Part shown: one piece after another, positions 44,726 through 53,748 of the stretch | How positions within the stretch are numbered: the first letter of the stretch is position 1 | How the letters are laid out: the number at the start of each line of letters is the position of its first letter | Assembly (NCBI GenBank): GCA_964383875.1 | Contig: CAYLJD010000001.1 | Location: 3,299-67,298 of the forward strand | Direction: 5' to 3' | From: an uncultured Halobacteriales archaeon | Lineage (GTDB): Archaea; Halobacteriota; Halobacteria; Halobacteriales; Haloarculaceae | DNA length: 64,000 nt | Position numbers and translations under genes: made by a program | Notes under the pieces: generated by a model | Told to the model about the DNA's origin: nothing | What the model saw: the letters and a program-made list of their open reading frames with translations, nothing else | Databases searched by the model: none

Positions 44726-45259
44726 TCAGGGGTCTAGCTGGCTACCGCGGTCGAGCACGGTCACGTCGAATTCGCCAGCGTGGACGTCGAGGACCAGCAT
44801 GGACGGGTCAGACGCTGGAAGAGCTCCGGTCGCGCTTCCCGGGTTGAGCAGCCGCGTGCCGTCAACGACGGTATCGAGAACGCGGTGGGTGTGTCCAGCG
44901 ACAGCCACGGCCACCGGCCCGACCCGCTCGCGGAGGGTCTGTACTACCGTTCGGCCGTAGGCAGTCGCGTCGGGTGACACGTCACCGACGCCGGGCGGAT
45001 GGGTGATGCCCACGGTGACACCCTCGACCGAAAGTGAGGCCACTGTCGGTAGGTCGACGCCGGCGACATCACCGTTGCCCCGGACGGCGACCAGGTCACG
45101 TGCACGGGACTCGAAGAACGCGAGCGCGTCCGGCGTGACGACGTCGCCCGCGTGGATCGTGTGGTCGGCGGTTTCGACCCGCTCGCGAACCCAGTCCGGC
45201 ACCGTCTCGGCTGGGTCGTGGTAACAGTGGGTGTCGCTGACGACTGCAACCGTCGCCAT
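44726..45259 (-). CDS. metallophosphoesterase (YfcE/MJ0936-like)
   Basis: Starts at ATG 45259. Motifs are VVSDTH, HAGD, GNGD and GHTH. Confidence 0.8.
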   Translation of the reverse strand: MATVAVVSDTHCYHDPAETVPDWVRERVETADHTIHAGDVVTPDALAFFESRARDLVAVRGNGDVAGVDLPTVASLSVEGVTVGITHPPGVGDVSPDATAYGRTVVQTLRERVGPVAVAVAGHTHRVLDTVVDGTRLLNPGSATGALPASDPSMLVLDVHAGEFDVTVLDRGSQLDP

Positions 45260-45622
45260 CGTCCGACGTTGAACTACCCTCACCTAATGGGTGCCGAATC
45301 GCGCTGGCGCTGTCCGTCCCGGTACTCATCGAACTCCGGACCGTTCTCGTCTGGATCGGGGTGGACATCCCTCCGGCTCTACGCCCCAGCAGCCGTGGTC
45401 CTCGTGGTGCTGGTCGGTGCTGGTGTATGGGTGCTCTCAGAGGACACGCCCCGTGAAGCGTAGCGCCAGCCGGGTCGACGCCAGAGTTTTGCGCGTGGAC
45501 GACCAGCCGGACCACATGGACATCCGGGGGCCGCGACGCAGTGCTCGGCCATTCGGCACAATCATCGATCTGGATGCGGGCAGAGCGAGTGCCGGCCCTC
45601 GCACACAGGAGCCACGCCTGGG

Positions 45623-46438
45623 GTGTCGCCGGTGAGCGTCCCACTCCTCCATCTCGCCCCGGAGACGGTCAGTGCGAACGCGGATCTCCTCGTCTTTTTC
45701 GTGGTCGGCATCCTCGCCGGCGCCCACTGTCTGGGCATGTGCGGGCCGCTGGTCAGCGTCTACGCCGACCGTCTCGCATCGAGGAAAGACGCGCACCGAT
45801 CCACACTCACGCTCTTCGAAGTCCGCCAGCACTTCCTGTTCAACGTGGGTCGGACGGCCGGCTACGCCGTCGCCGGCGTGGTGTTTGGCCTGCTCGGTGC
45901 GACCCTGTTCTCGTCGATCGACCAGATATCCACGGTCGGTGCAGGGGTGCGGGCGACGATGGGCATCGGTGTCGGGCTGCTGATCCTCGGTGCTGGACTC
46001 GGCTATCTGTTCCGGGGAACCGGCGGGGCACCCAGTGTGTCGATCCCGTACGTCTCGATGGTCTTTCGCCGGATCAGTGCGGTTTTGACGGGGCACGTCG
46101 ACCGGCTCGCCAGTTCCACGGGCATTCTCGCCCTCGGTGGTGTGCATGCGGCGCTCCCCTGCCCGATCATCTACCCGGCCTATCTCTACGCCTTCGCCAT
46201 CGGTGATCCAGTGAGAGGCGGCCTCTCGCTGGCCGCCCTCGGGCTCGGGACGCTCCCCACCCTGTTTGCATACGGAACCATGCTCGGAACGCTCTCGGCG
46301 GGCCACCGAGCCGGACTCCACCGGCTGCTCGGTGCAGCGTTCGTCCTGCTGGCCTACGTCCCACTCTCGCACGGCCTCGTCCTCCTCGGCGTCCAGGTCC
46401 CACACCTGGACATCCCCTACTACCAGCCGCTCACCTGA
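45623..46438 (+). CDS. DsbD_2/TauE-like membrane protein with HCxGMCGP motif, upstream of the P-type ATPase
   Basis: It has about 6-7 TM helices and the GAHCLGMCGP motif in TM1. The start is GTG 45623 or 45632. Its stop lies 4 nt before the ATPase ATG. Confidence 0.7.
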   Translation: MSPVSVPLLHLAPETVSANADLLVFFVVGILAGAHCLGMCGPLVSVYADRLASRKDAHRSTLTLFEVRQHFLFNVGRTAGYAVAGVVFGLLGATLFSSIDQISTVGAGVRATMGIGVGLLILGAGLGYLFRGTGGAPSVSIPYVSMVFRRISAVLTGHVDRLASSTGILALGGVHAALPCPIIYPAYLYAFAIGDPVRGGLSLAALGLGTLPTLFAYGTMLGTLSAGHRAGLHRLLGAAFVLLAYVPLSHGLVLLGVQVPHLDIPYYQPLT

Positions 46439-46442
46439 GACC

Positions 46443-48851
46443 ATGTCCGAGACGTGTACGCTCTGTGGCCTGCCGCTCCCGGACCCACCCATCACCGGTG
46501 CGAACACCGATGGCCGGTTCTGCTGCCAGGGGTGTCTGGACGTGGCCAGCACCGTGTCGGATCTCGGCGACGACCCGCCCGATCCGGCGGCGATCCGCGA
46601 CCGAGCACAGCGCGATGAACTGACAGGCGACCGTACCATCGACGACGACCTCGCAGAAACGTTTCTCACGGTGGAGGGCATGCACTGTACGACCTGCGAG
46701 GCCTTCCTGGCCCTCCGCGGCGAATCCACCGACGGAATCGAGTCAGTCGACGCGAGTTACGCAACCGAAACGGTGCGGGTAATCTACGACCCGGAACAAC
46801 TGACGCGGACAACAGTCGCGGACGCACTCACCGGATACGGCTACAGCGCAGCCACCCGACGTGACGCGGACGCAGAGCGGGCGGACGCGAACCGGGGGAC
46901 CCGGCAACGCCTCACCGTCGGCATCGTCCTCGCGATGCTCGTGATGCCCTGGTACGTCTTCTTCCTCTATCCGAGTTACGTCGGGATCGAAACCGGGATC
47001 CTCTCGGCCGATATGACGACTTCGGCCGGCCTGTACCTGCCAATGAGCATCATCGCGCTCTTCTCCGCCGGCGTCGTCTTCGTCACGGGGTGGCCAATCC
47101 TGCGAGGCGCCTGGGTCAGCCTGCGGGCTCGCCGCCCGAACATGGATCTCCTGATCGCCGTGGCCGTCCTCGCGGCGTTTGCGTACAGTCTGGTCGCGCT
47201 GGCGACAGGCAGCATCCATCTGTACTTCGATGTCGCCATCGCCATCGTGCTCGTCGTGACGGCGGGTGGCTACTACGAGGACCGGCTCCGGCGAGACGCC
47301 ACCGACCGGCTCTCGGCCCTCACCGCAGCTCGTGTCACGGAAGCCACCCAGCGCCGCCCAGACGGGTCCACTGAAACCGTCGAGATTGACGCGCTCGAGC
47401 CTGGCGACGTGGTCGTCGTCAGCCCCGGCGAGCGGATCCCAGTCGACGGCACGGTCCGAGCGGGCCAGGCGGCCGTCGACGAAGCGCTCGTGACCGGCGA
47501 ATCGCTCCCGTCGACGAAAACGCCGGGCGATCAGGTCCTGGGCGGGACTGTCGTCACTAACAGTGCGCTCGTCGTCGCGGTCGGCGACGCGGCCCAGAGC
47601 ACGCTGGACAGAGTCACGAACCTCCTCTGGCGTGTCCAGAGTGAACGACACGGTGCGCAACGGTTCGTCGACCGACTCGCAACCGTGTTCGTCCCGCTCG
47701 TACTCGTTGTCGGTGTTGCCGTCTTCGGCTGGCGCCTGTCGGGCGGAGCCAGTGCTGACACGGCGCTGCTCGCTGGACTGACGGTTCTCGTCGCGGCCTG
47801 TCCCTGTGCGATGGGCCTCGCGACGCCACTCGCCGTCGCGGCTGGACTCCGCGACGCCCTGCGAAAAGGAATGATCATCACGAGCTCGTCGCTGTTCGAG
47901 CGGGCCCCGGGGATCGACGCGATCGTATTCGACAAGACAGGGACGCTCACCACTGGCGACATGGAAGTCCGGGAGGTCGTCGGGGATCCGGACGCGGTGG
48001 CGGCGGCTGCGGCACTGGAGCGGCGTGCCTCACACCCCGTGGCAGCCGCGATTGAGTCCTATGTCACGGCTGCTCCGGACGGCGGAGCAGGTGTGGGCGC
48101 CACATCCGACATCCCCACTGACGTGCGAGCATTCGAGCGACATCCAGGCAGCGGGGTCAGTGGGGTCGTCGGCGAGAACGCCGTCTCCGTCGTAGCCGGG
48201 ACGCCAGCCCTCGTCGAGACCCAGTGCGGCCCCTTGACCGAAAACCTGGCACAGGCCGTCGAACGCACCCGGAGTAACGGGAATCTTCCAGTGGTCGTCG
48301 GCGTCAACGGCACGGCGGCCGCAGTCATCGTCGTGGGCGACCGTGAGCGGGCGGGGTGGGAACCCACCCTCGACGCGTTCGACGACCGGACTGTCGTCGT
48401 GCTGACTGGGGACGACTGGGCCGCGACGACCAGATTTCGAGCACACGAGGCTGTCGACCGGGTGCTCGCTGGCGTGCCACCAGATGGGAAGGTCGCGGCT
48501 ATCGAGGGACTGGCCGCCGACCGATCGGTCGCCATGGTGGGTGACGGGACGAACGACGCGCCGGCACTGGCTGCCGCAGACGTCGGCATCGCCGTCGCCG
48601 GAACGGCGCACGCGGCTGACGCCGCCGACGTGGTTGTCGGAGACGGTGCGCTCGATTCTGTTCCGGCGGCGTTCGATCTTGCCGAGGCGACGCGCCGCCG
48701 CATTCGAGAAAACGTCGGCTGGGCGCTGTGTTACAACGGCGTCGCCCTGCCGCTCGCCGCTGTGGGGGCGTTGAACCCCTTGCTAGCCGCGCTCGCCATG
48801 GCGGGGAGCAGCATCCTCGTCGTGACGAATTCACGACGGCGAATGCATTAA
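46443..48851 (+). CDS. heavy-metal (Cu-type, CPC) P1B-type ATPase with N-terminal TRASH-like Cys motif + HMA domain
   Basis: Starts at ATG 46443. Features are: N-terminal CTLCG...GRFCCQGC (C-x2-C-x17-CC-x2-C), an HMA motif GMHCTTCE, TGES, the TM CPC motif (ACPCAMG), DKTGTLT and GDGTNDAPAL. Confidence 0.9.
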   Translation: MSETCTLCGLPLPDPPITGANTDGRFCCQGCLDVASTVSDLGDDPPDPAAIRDRAQRDELTGDRTIDDDLAETFLTVEGMHCTTCEAFLALRGESTDGIESVDASYATETVRVIYDPEQLTRTTVADALTGYGYSAATRRDADAERADANRGTRQRLTVGIVLAMLVMPWYVFFLYPSYVGIETGILSADMTTSAGLYLPMSIIALFSAGVVFVTGWPILRGAWVSLRARRPNMDLLIAVAVLAAFAYSLVALATGSIHLYFDVAIAIVLVVTAGGYYEDRLRRDATDRLSALTAARVTEATQRRPDGSTETVEIDALEPGDVVVVSPGERIPVDGTVRAGQAAVDEALVTGESLPSTKTPGDQVLGGTVVTNSALVVAVGDAAQSTLDRVTNLLWRVQSERHGAQRFVDRLATVFVPLVLVVGVAVFGWRLSGGASADTALLAGLTVLVAACPCAMGLATPLAVAAGLRDALRKGMIITSSSLFERAPGIDAIVFDKTGTLTTGDMEVREVVGDPDAVAAAAALERRASHPVAAAIESYVTAAPDGGAGVGATSDIPTDVRAFERHPGSGVSGVVGENAVSVVAGTPALVETQCGPLTENLAQAVERTRSNGNLPVVVGVNGTAAAVIVVGDRERAGWEPTLDAFDDRTVVVLTGDDWAATTRFRAHEAVDRVLAGVPPDGKVAAIEGLAADRSVAMVGDGTNDAPALAAADVGIAVAGTAHAADAADVVVGDGALDSVPAAFDLAEATRRRIRENVGWALCYNGVALPLAAVGALNPLLAALAMAGSSILVVTNSRRRMH

Positions 48852-49567
48852 CCCGGTATCAGATCCACGCGGCGGACGAAGCGCCGGAGCGTCTCGCCGT
48901 TCTCGTCCTGGAGCTCGACAGTGAACTGCCGATCGTCCCTGACACGCTGGACGTTCTCGACGTCGATGTTGAAGTCGAACGGCGGATCGTGGATCGTCAC
49001 CAGCGTCCGGTCCCCGGACGTCACGACGACACTATCGATGCCCCGCGAGTCCGAGAGGTGACAGTGGACGACACCGCCGGATTTCGTACACTGGAGCTGC
49101 GGGTTGACGTCTCCGCCCGATCCGCCGCTCGGGAGTTGGAATTCGAACGTCATGACGCCGAGGGGAAATGTTCCCAAGACGAGAACGATCGTGAAGAACA
49201 CCGCCAGGTTCGCCTTCGAGCCGTGGCGGGCGACCCACCGCCCGATGCCCGTCGCCCCCGACCGGCGGAGTCGGATCACGAACGGGACGATGACGAAGTG
49301 CGTGAGCGGGCCCCAGAGCAGCAGGACGAACCCGTAGGCGAGCACGTAGTCGAACGGCCACCATTCCGGGCGATACGACAGAATCAGGTTCGCTCCGACC
49401 CAGCTGAAGAGGCCGGCGAAAAGCAGTGCCCCGCTCTTGAGTAGCCGCCAGATCAGCGTATTGGCGTAGTACACGCTCCGCGCGTCGCGCCACATGCCCC
49501 GGAGGGTCCGGCGAATCCACTCGGTCGGGGCGCCGGGATGGTCATCGCCAGACGTGGGATCAGACAT
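48848..49567 (-). CDS. uncharacterized membrane protein with C-terminal soluble domain carrying C-x8-HCH
   Basis: An ATG-initiated ORF 61 nt downstream of oxidase subunit I on the same strand. It has about 4 TM helices. A beta-rich domain follows, with QCTKSGGVVHCHLSD (C160, H168, C169, H170). Confidence 0.65.
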   Translation of the reverse strand: MSDPTSGDDHPGAPTEWIRRTLRGMWRDARSVYYANTLIWRLLKSGALLFAGLFSWVGANLILSYRPEWWPFDYVLAYGFVLLLWGPLTHFVIVPFVIRLRRSGATGIGRWVARHGSKANLAVFFTIVLVLGTFPLGVMTFEFQLPSGGSGGDVNPQLQCTKSGGVVHCHLSDSRGIDSVVVTSGDRTLVTIHDPPFDFNIDVENVQRVRDDRQFTVELQDENGETLRRFVRRVDLIPG

Positions 49568-49628
49568 TACGCTGGTTTGCGGCGGTGTGGGTTTTTACGT
49601 TTGGACGAACGGTGATAGCCGAGGCTGT

Positions 49629-51359
49629 TCAGAGCCCGACAGACCAGAGCTCCGAGAGGAACCACCAGTTCGCGACATACGAGAGGACAAACACCACCAT
49701 GAACACGAGGACGAAGAAGAACGTCCCGCGCATCTCGTAGGCGTGAACCGGCTTCCCGTCTTCCGGAGCGCCGCCGTCTGGAACCAGGTCGGCATTGTCG
49801 CTCGGGTCTGTCACGCGATCACCGAACAGCAACGACCCGACAGCAACCAGCAAGAAGACGATACCCGCAACTATCGCGAGGAGCGCAGCGATACCCAGGA
49901 GGGCAAACAACGGTGCCGCGGCGCCGAAGCTGAAGTCCGTCCCGGGAATGTTTTCGACGGCTTCCGCCGTGCGCCGCGGGACGCCGTAGAGGAGCCCGAC
50001 GTACATCATCATCAGAACCACGATGCCCATCGCTCCAGCGTAGAAGTACGGTTGGATACTCGCCAATCGGGGGAACGAGAGGCGTCGCTGGAACATGGTC
50101 CGCACCACGAAGAAGACCAGCCCCATGAACGCGAGCGTCGTGCCGACGGCGACGGTCCCGTGGAAGTGCCCGACGGTCGCGAAGTTGTTGTGCCAGGTCA
50201 TGTTGACCTGCATCTGGCCCATCACGACACCCGTGATGCCGCCGACGAAACCGAAGAGGACGATGCTGAATATCGTGGCCGAAAAGACCGGATTCGACCA
50301 CGGGGCGGACGTCAGCCAGCCCAAGAGCCCACCACCCTTGCCGCGCTTTCGGCGGCCGGCTTCGAGCCCGGCCGGGATGGCGAAGGCGTGGATCATGCTG
50401 GCGAAGGCTGCTCCGTAGAACGCATACGACGTGTTGAACAGCCGCCATCCCGACGAGACGACCGGATCGGACATCAGGTGGTGGGCCGCACCCAGATTGA
50501 TGAAGAAGAGATAGAGGATGAACGCCGTCCGGGAGACCTTCTCGCTGACAACCTCCGCCCCGCCAACGACGTGAGTCAGGAAGTACCAGACCGTCACCAT
50601 CGCTGCCAGGTTGATTTGCTGGCTGCCGTGCCCGATCGTCCAGTACATCTGGCGGTACCAGGCGGCATCCATCCAGGCGATGACGTCGATCCGCCAAAGC
50701 AACGTAACGAGGAAGGTGATGAGACCACCGACAAGTGCCTCGACGGCGATGATCGACGTGACGAATGCGCCAAACGCGACGAGTGGGAGTGACTTTCCCG
50801 GGTTTTCGCGTCGCTCGCGCCAGAGGGTCAGGAAGAAGGGCAGTGCTGCGACGACCGCACCGACGATGAAGAGGACCGCGCCGACGTAGAAGCCAACCGG
50901 CGACTCGAGGGGTGCGTAGGCGGTGAGCAGTGGGGCGTTCTCACTGGGAAACCCGGAGCCGAGCCAGACCGAGACGTTGACCGCCAGCGCGCCGATTACC
51001 ATCGTCACCCAGCCTGCTTTCGCGAACGTCGTGAGCGGGAGTCGACGCCCGAGGATCATCGGGCCGCCGACGTAGAGGATGGCAATTTCCATGAAGACCA
51101 TCCAGAAGATGAGGAGATTCCAGGCGTGCAGTGTCAGATGCTTGTAGAACTGGCTCGGCTCGATCAGGCCGATCACTTCCCACCGCGTCATGGCGACCGT
51201 GAAGGCGAAGATCCCGCCGACGAGGAGCGCGATGACGGCCGTCAACCCGAATAGTTTGACGTGGTTCTCCGCCGACCGGTGGATGTGCAGTCCGGTCACC
51301 GAGCAGGTCCGAAAGCCCTCGTCGTCGTAGTCGTTATCGAAGAGGCCGAGGGCGTTCAT
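49629..51359 (-). CDS. cbaA: heme-copper oxidase superfamily subunit I, B-family (ba3-like)
   Basis: It aligns by eye to Thermus ba3 subunit I: HLTLHAW (heme His), WTIGH (metal His), AAHHLMSD (HH pair), LGWLTSAPWSNPVF, VGHFHGT. The cross-link Tyr position is Gln (GHGSQQ). ATG 51359 overlaps the subunit II stop (ATGA). Confidence 0.85.
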   Translation of the reverse strand: MNALGLFDNDYDDEGFRTCSVTGLHIHRSAENHVKLFGLTAVIALLVGGIFAFTVAMTRWEVIGLIEPSQFYKHLTLHAWNLLIFWMVFMEIAILYVGGPMILGRRLPLTTFAKAGWVTMVIGALAVNVSVWLGSGFPSENAPLLTAYAPLESPVGFYVGAVLFIVGAVVAALPFFLTLWRERRENPGKSLPLVAFGAFVTSIIAVEALVGGLITFLVTLLWRIDVIAWMDAAWYRQMYWTIGHGSQQINLAAMVTVWYFLTHVVGGAEVVSEKVSRTAFILYLFFINLGAAHHLMSDPVVSSGWRLFNTSYAFYGAAFASMIHAFAIPAGLEAGRRKRGKGGGLLGWLTSAPWSNPVFSATIFSIVLFGFVGGITGVVMGQMQVNMTWHNNFATVGHFHGTVAVGTTLAFMGLVFFVVRTMFQRRLSFPRLASIQPYFYAGAMGIVVLMMMYVGLLYGVPRRTAEAVENIPGTDFSFGAAAPLFALLGIAALLAIVAGIVFLLVAVGSLLFGDRVTDPSDNADLVPDGGAPEDGKPVHAYEMRGTFFFVLVFMVVFVLSYVANWWFLSELWSVGL

Positions 51360-51901
51360 AGCGACTCCACCACTTCGATTCGGCCGTGCATTGTGCGGTG
51401 CCCGACCCCACAGAACTCGTTACAGACGAGGTGGTAGGTGCCGGGTTCGTCGAACTCCATCGGGAGAATCCACTCGTACTCGGGGAGGATCTGGAAGTTC
51501 ATGTGCTTGCTCAGCGCCGCTTCGGGCCGGATCGAAAAGCCGTGCTGTACGTCGATGGAACTGAGGTGGAAGGCGTACTCTCGTCCGGTCTCCAGAACGA
51601 CCGGCGTGCCCTGCCAGTCCCATTGGCGTGCGACGATGTAGACGTTCTCGTCGGGCGGCACGATCCCCTGTTCAGTTTCCGAACTCGCGTCCTGGTAGTC
51701 CGAAAACGCCGATTGGAACTCCTCGGCGGTGACCTTGCGGGTCTCGCCGATCGGGTTCTGGTCGCCGATCCGCGTGTATGCACTCATCCACCCGAAGATC
51801 AGGATCGACCAGATGCCACTCAGACCGAGCCAGATGGACTCGCGACGGTTGATCCGCTGGTTCCACCAGTCGTCCTCGGGCTCCTCGAGGGGCGAGCCCA
51901 T
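51356..51901 (-). CDS. cbaB: heme-copper oxidase subunit II (single TM + cupredoxin, CuA site)
   Basis: Starts at ATG 51901 (MGSPLEEPEDDWWNQ...). It has one TM helix (IWLGLSGIWSILIFGW) and the CuA ligand pattern DVQHGF...CNEFCGVGHRTM. Confidence 0.85.
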   Translation of the reverse strand: MGSPLEEPEDDWWNQRINRRESIWLGLSGIWSILIFGWMSAYTRIGDQNPIGETRKVTAEEFQSAFSDYQDASSETEQGIVPPDENVYIVARQWDWQGTPVVLETGREYAFHLSSIDVQHGFSIRPEAALSKHMNFQILPEYEWILPMEFDEPGTYHLVCNEFCGVGHRTMHGRIEVVESL

Positions 51902-52053
51902 CAGGCCACCCCCATCGGCACTGAGAAGATATCCAGCAGGCCCCAGACGACATACGACAGCGCCCAGAACAACAACGCAGCGAGAGCGAGGAGCCAGATC
52001 CTGTCGTAGAGCCGCTGCATCATGGGCTGGTCGGCCGCTCCACGATCGGACAT
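51901..52053 (-). CDS. 50-aa single-TM protein coupled to oxidase subunit II (CbaD/subunit IIa-like position)
   Basis: This ORF is not in the track because it is under 60 aa. ATG 52053 to TGA 51903-51901, sharing one nt with the subunit II ATG (TGATG). It translates to MSDRGAADQPMMQRLYDRIWLLALAALLFWALSYVVWGLLDIFSVPMGVA. Confidence 0.6.
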   Translation of the reverse strand: MSDRGAADQPMMQRLYDRIWLLALAALLFWALSYVVWGLLDIFSVPMGVA

Positions 52054-52250
52054 GATTCAATCTGGAGGGTTCGCCCGGATCAATTGAAAACACTTTGGGC
52101 TATTCTTAGTTTATACAATATGTAATTTCGTAGGGGTATGTGAGTGCCAGGAGCGAGACTATCACTCTCCGTACCAGGCAACCTGACGGGTGGGCACGCT
52201 GGCCACAATCCGTCGAATGGATCGTTACACGAGACCGAATGGAGGACCGT

Positions 52251-52868
52251 ATGTCGGTGACGCTGACTGGACTCGGTGTGATACGTCTGGTCACGGCCGT
52301 GGCCGGAGCCGTCAACGACGTCGCCGAATTCGGGTTCGCTATCGTCGGGACTGTCATCGGGATGGTCCGCCTGGAACGGGATCCTGCTGCGCCACTCAAA
52401 GTCGGGCTCGGCGTCATCGCGCTCGCGTTCGTCGTGAGTATCCAAGACGCCGTCACCATTCCAGGCTTCGATGTCCCGAAAGCGGGTTGTTTCGTCGAGA
52501 CGCCGCTGGCGATGGTCGGCGTGGGCGGCGTGTCCGGCCTCCTGTTCGGTGGGACGAACGTCGGCGTGCAACTCGTCGCGTACCTCCGGAGCTGTGACCT
52601 CTCTCACGGGCTGTTCGTGGGTGTCGTCGCGCTCGTGTTTCTCGGTCTCAACGGCGTCAAAATCGGGATCGCTGGGATACTCGGCCTGTATCCGAGTCTA
52701 GACATCTTCGGTGTCTCGATCGGCCCTATATTGCCCGCGGTGGCTGGCGTCGCCATTGGATCACGGCTCCGGGACCGCGTCGACGCACGCACGCGCCGAA
52801 CGACCGTTCTCGGTCTCCTCACCCTGATTGGTGGTCGGTTGGTACTGGCCGGTGTTGGCGTAGCCTGA
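52251..52868 (+). CDS. TauE/SafE-family (sulfite exporter-like) membrane protein
   Basis: A multi-TM protein rich in Gly, Val and Leu. The pattern is typical of TauE/SafE, with a C-terminal RTTVLGLLTLIGGRLVL. ATG 52251 is preferred. The track's GTG at 52140 sits in an AT-rich promoter-like region. Confidence 0.6.
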   Translation: MSVTLTGLGVIRLVTAVAGAVNDVAEFGFAIVGTVIGMVRLERDPAAPLKVGLGVIALAFVVSIQDAVTIPGFDVPKAGCFVETPLAMVGVGGVSGLLFGGTNVGVQLVAYLRSCDLSHGLFVGVVALVFLGLNGVKIGIAGILGLYPSLDIFGVSIGPILPAVAGVAIGSRLRDRVDARTRRTTVLGLLTLIGGRLVLAGVGVA

Positions 52869-52919
52869 GTACAAACACGTACATACCGCTCGACGAGTAA
52901 TGACCCGAGAAACACTCGC

Positions 52920-53681
52920 ATGGAGTACGTCGTTATCTCCTCAAGCGACCAGGTTCGTGAACAGTGGCAGCGACGGCTGGGCGAGCACGGTTTCGTGGTC
53001 CGCGAGGAGTACGACCCGGACGCGACGCTGCTCACACTCGGCGGGGACGGAACGATCCTCTTTGCGGCCCGGACCTACCGCGACCCCACGATACTCCCGG
53101 TCCGAACTGCCGGGTCAGCCGGAAACCGCACCACGCTGCACGACGACGACGTGATCGACACACTCGAGCAAATCGAGAGTGGGTCTCCCGACACCGACTA
53201 CGCCATTGATCGCCACCGGAAACTCGCCGGATTCCGGAACGGGACGGAGCTCAGAGGCGACTTCGACGCGCTGAACGAGATTTCCCTCCACCACCGGTCG
53301 CCGGTCCACGCCGCAGTCTTCGCGACACGCGTCAGCGACGGTGGGGAGACACGAACGTTTGATCGCGTCGTCGGCGACGGCGCCCTCGTGGCGACGCCAT
53401 TCGGATCGACTGGCTATTACCGATCGATCACGCGGGGGACCTTCGACACTGGAATTGGAATCGCGTTCAATAACGTCCACGACCCGACCGACACCCCGGA
53501 CTCGCTGGTGGTGTCCGACGATGCCGTCATCGAAGTGGAACTCCTCGAAGCAGAACACGGCTCGGGTGCGGTGTTGACACGAGACGACGACCACGACTCG
53601 TACGACATCCCGGTCGATACGCCGATCGAGATCCGGCTCACCGAGCGCGTGGTCGAACTCATCAGACCAATCACCGAGTGA
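52920..53681 (+). CDS. nadK: NAD(+) kinase-like protein
   Basis: Motifs are LLTLGGDGTILFAA (GGDGT), ALNEISL and LVATPFGSTGYYRS (the TPTGSTAY equivalent). Confidence 0.7.
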   Translation: MEYVVISSSDQVREQWQRRLGEHGFVVREEYDPDATLLTLGGDGTILFAARTYRDPTILPVRTAGSAGNRTTLHDDDVIDTLEQIESGSPDTDYAIDRHRKLAGFRNGTELRGDFDALNEISLHHRSPVHAAVFATRVSDGGETRTFDRVVGDGALVATPFGSTGYYRSITRGTFDTGIGIAFNNVHDPTDTPDSLVVSDDAVIEVELLEAEHGSGAVLTRDDDHDSYDIPVDTPIEIRLTERVVELIRPITE

Positions 53682-53748
53682 ATCGATCGCCCGGTTCTGC
53701 CACCAACTGCATCCCCATATTCGGAGAGTATATCAAATTTTCAATGCA

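Noticed and set aside
45437-46729. 430-aa minus-strand ORF across the DsbD_2-like gene and the ATPase start
   Set aside because: It is antisense to two well-supported genes and has a basic, Arg-rich composition unlike the acidic proteome.
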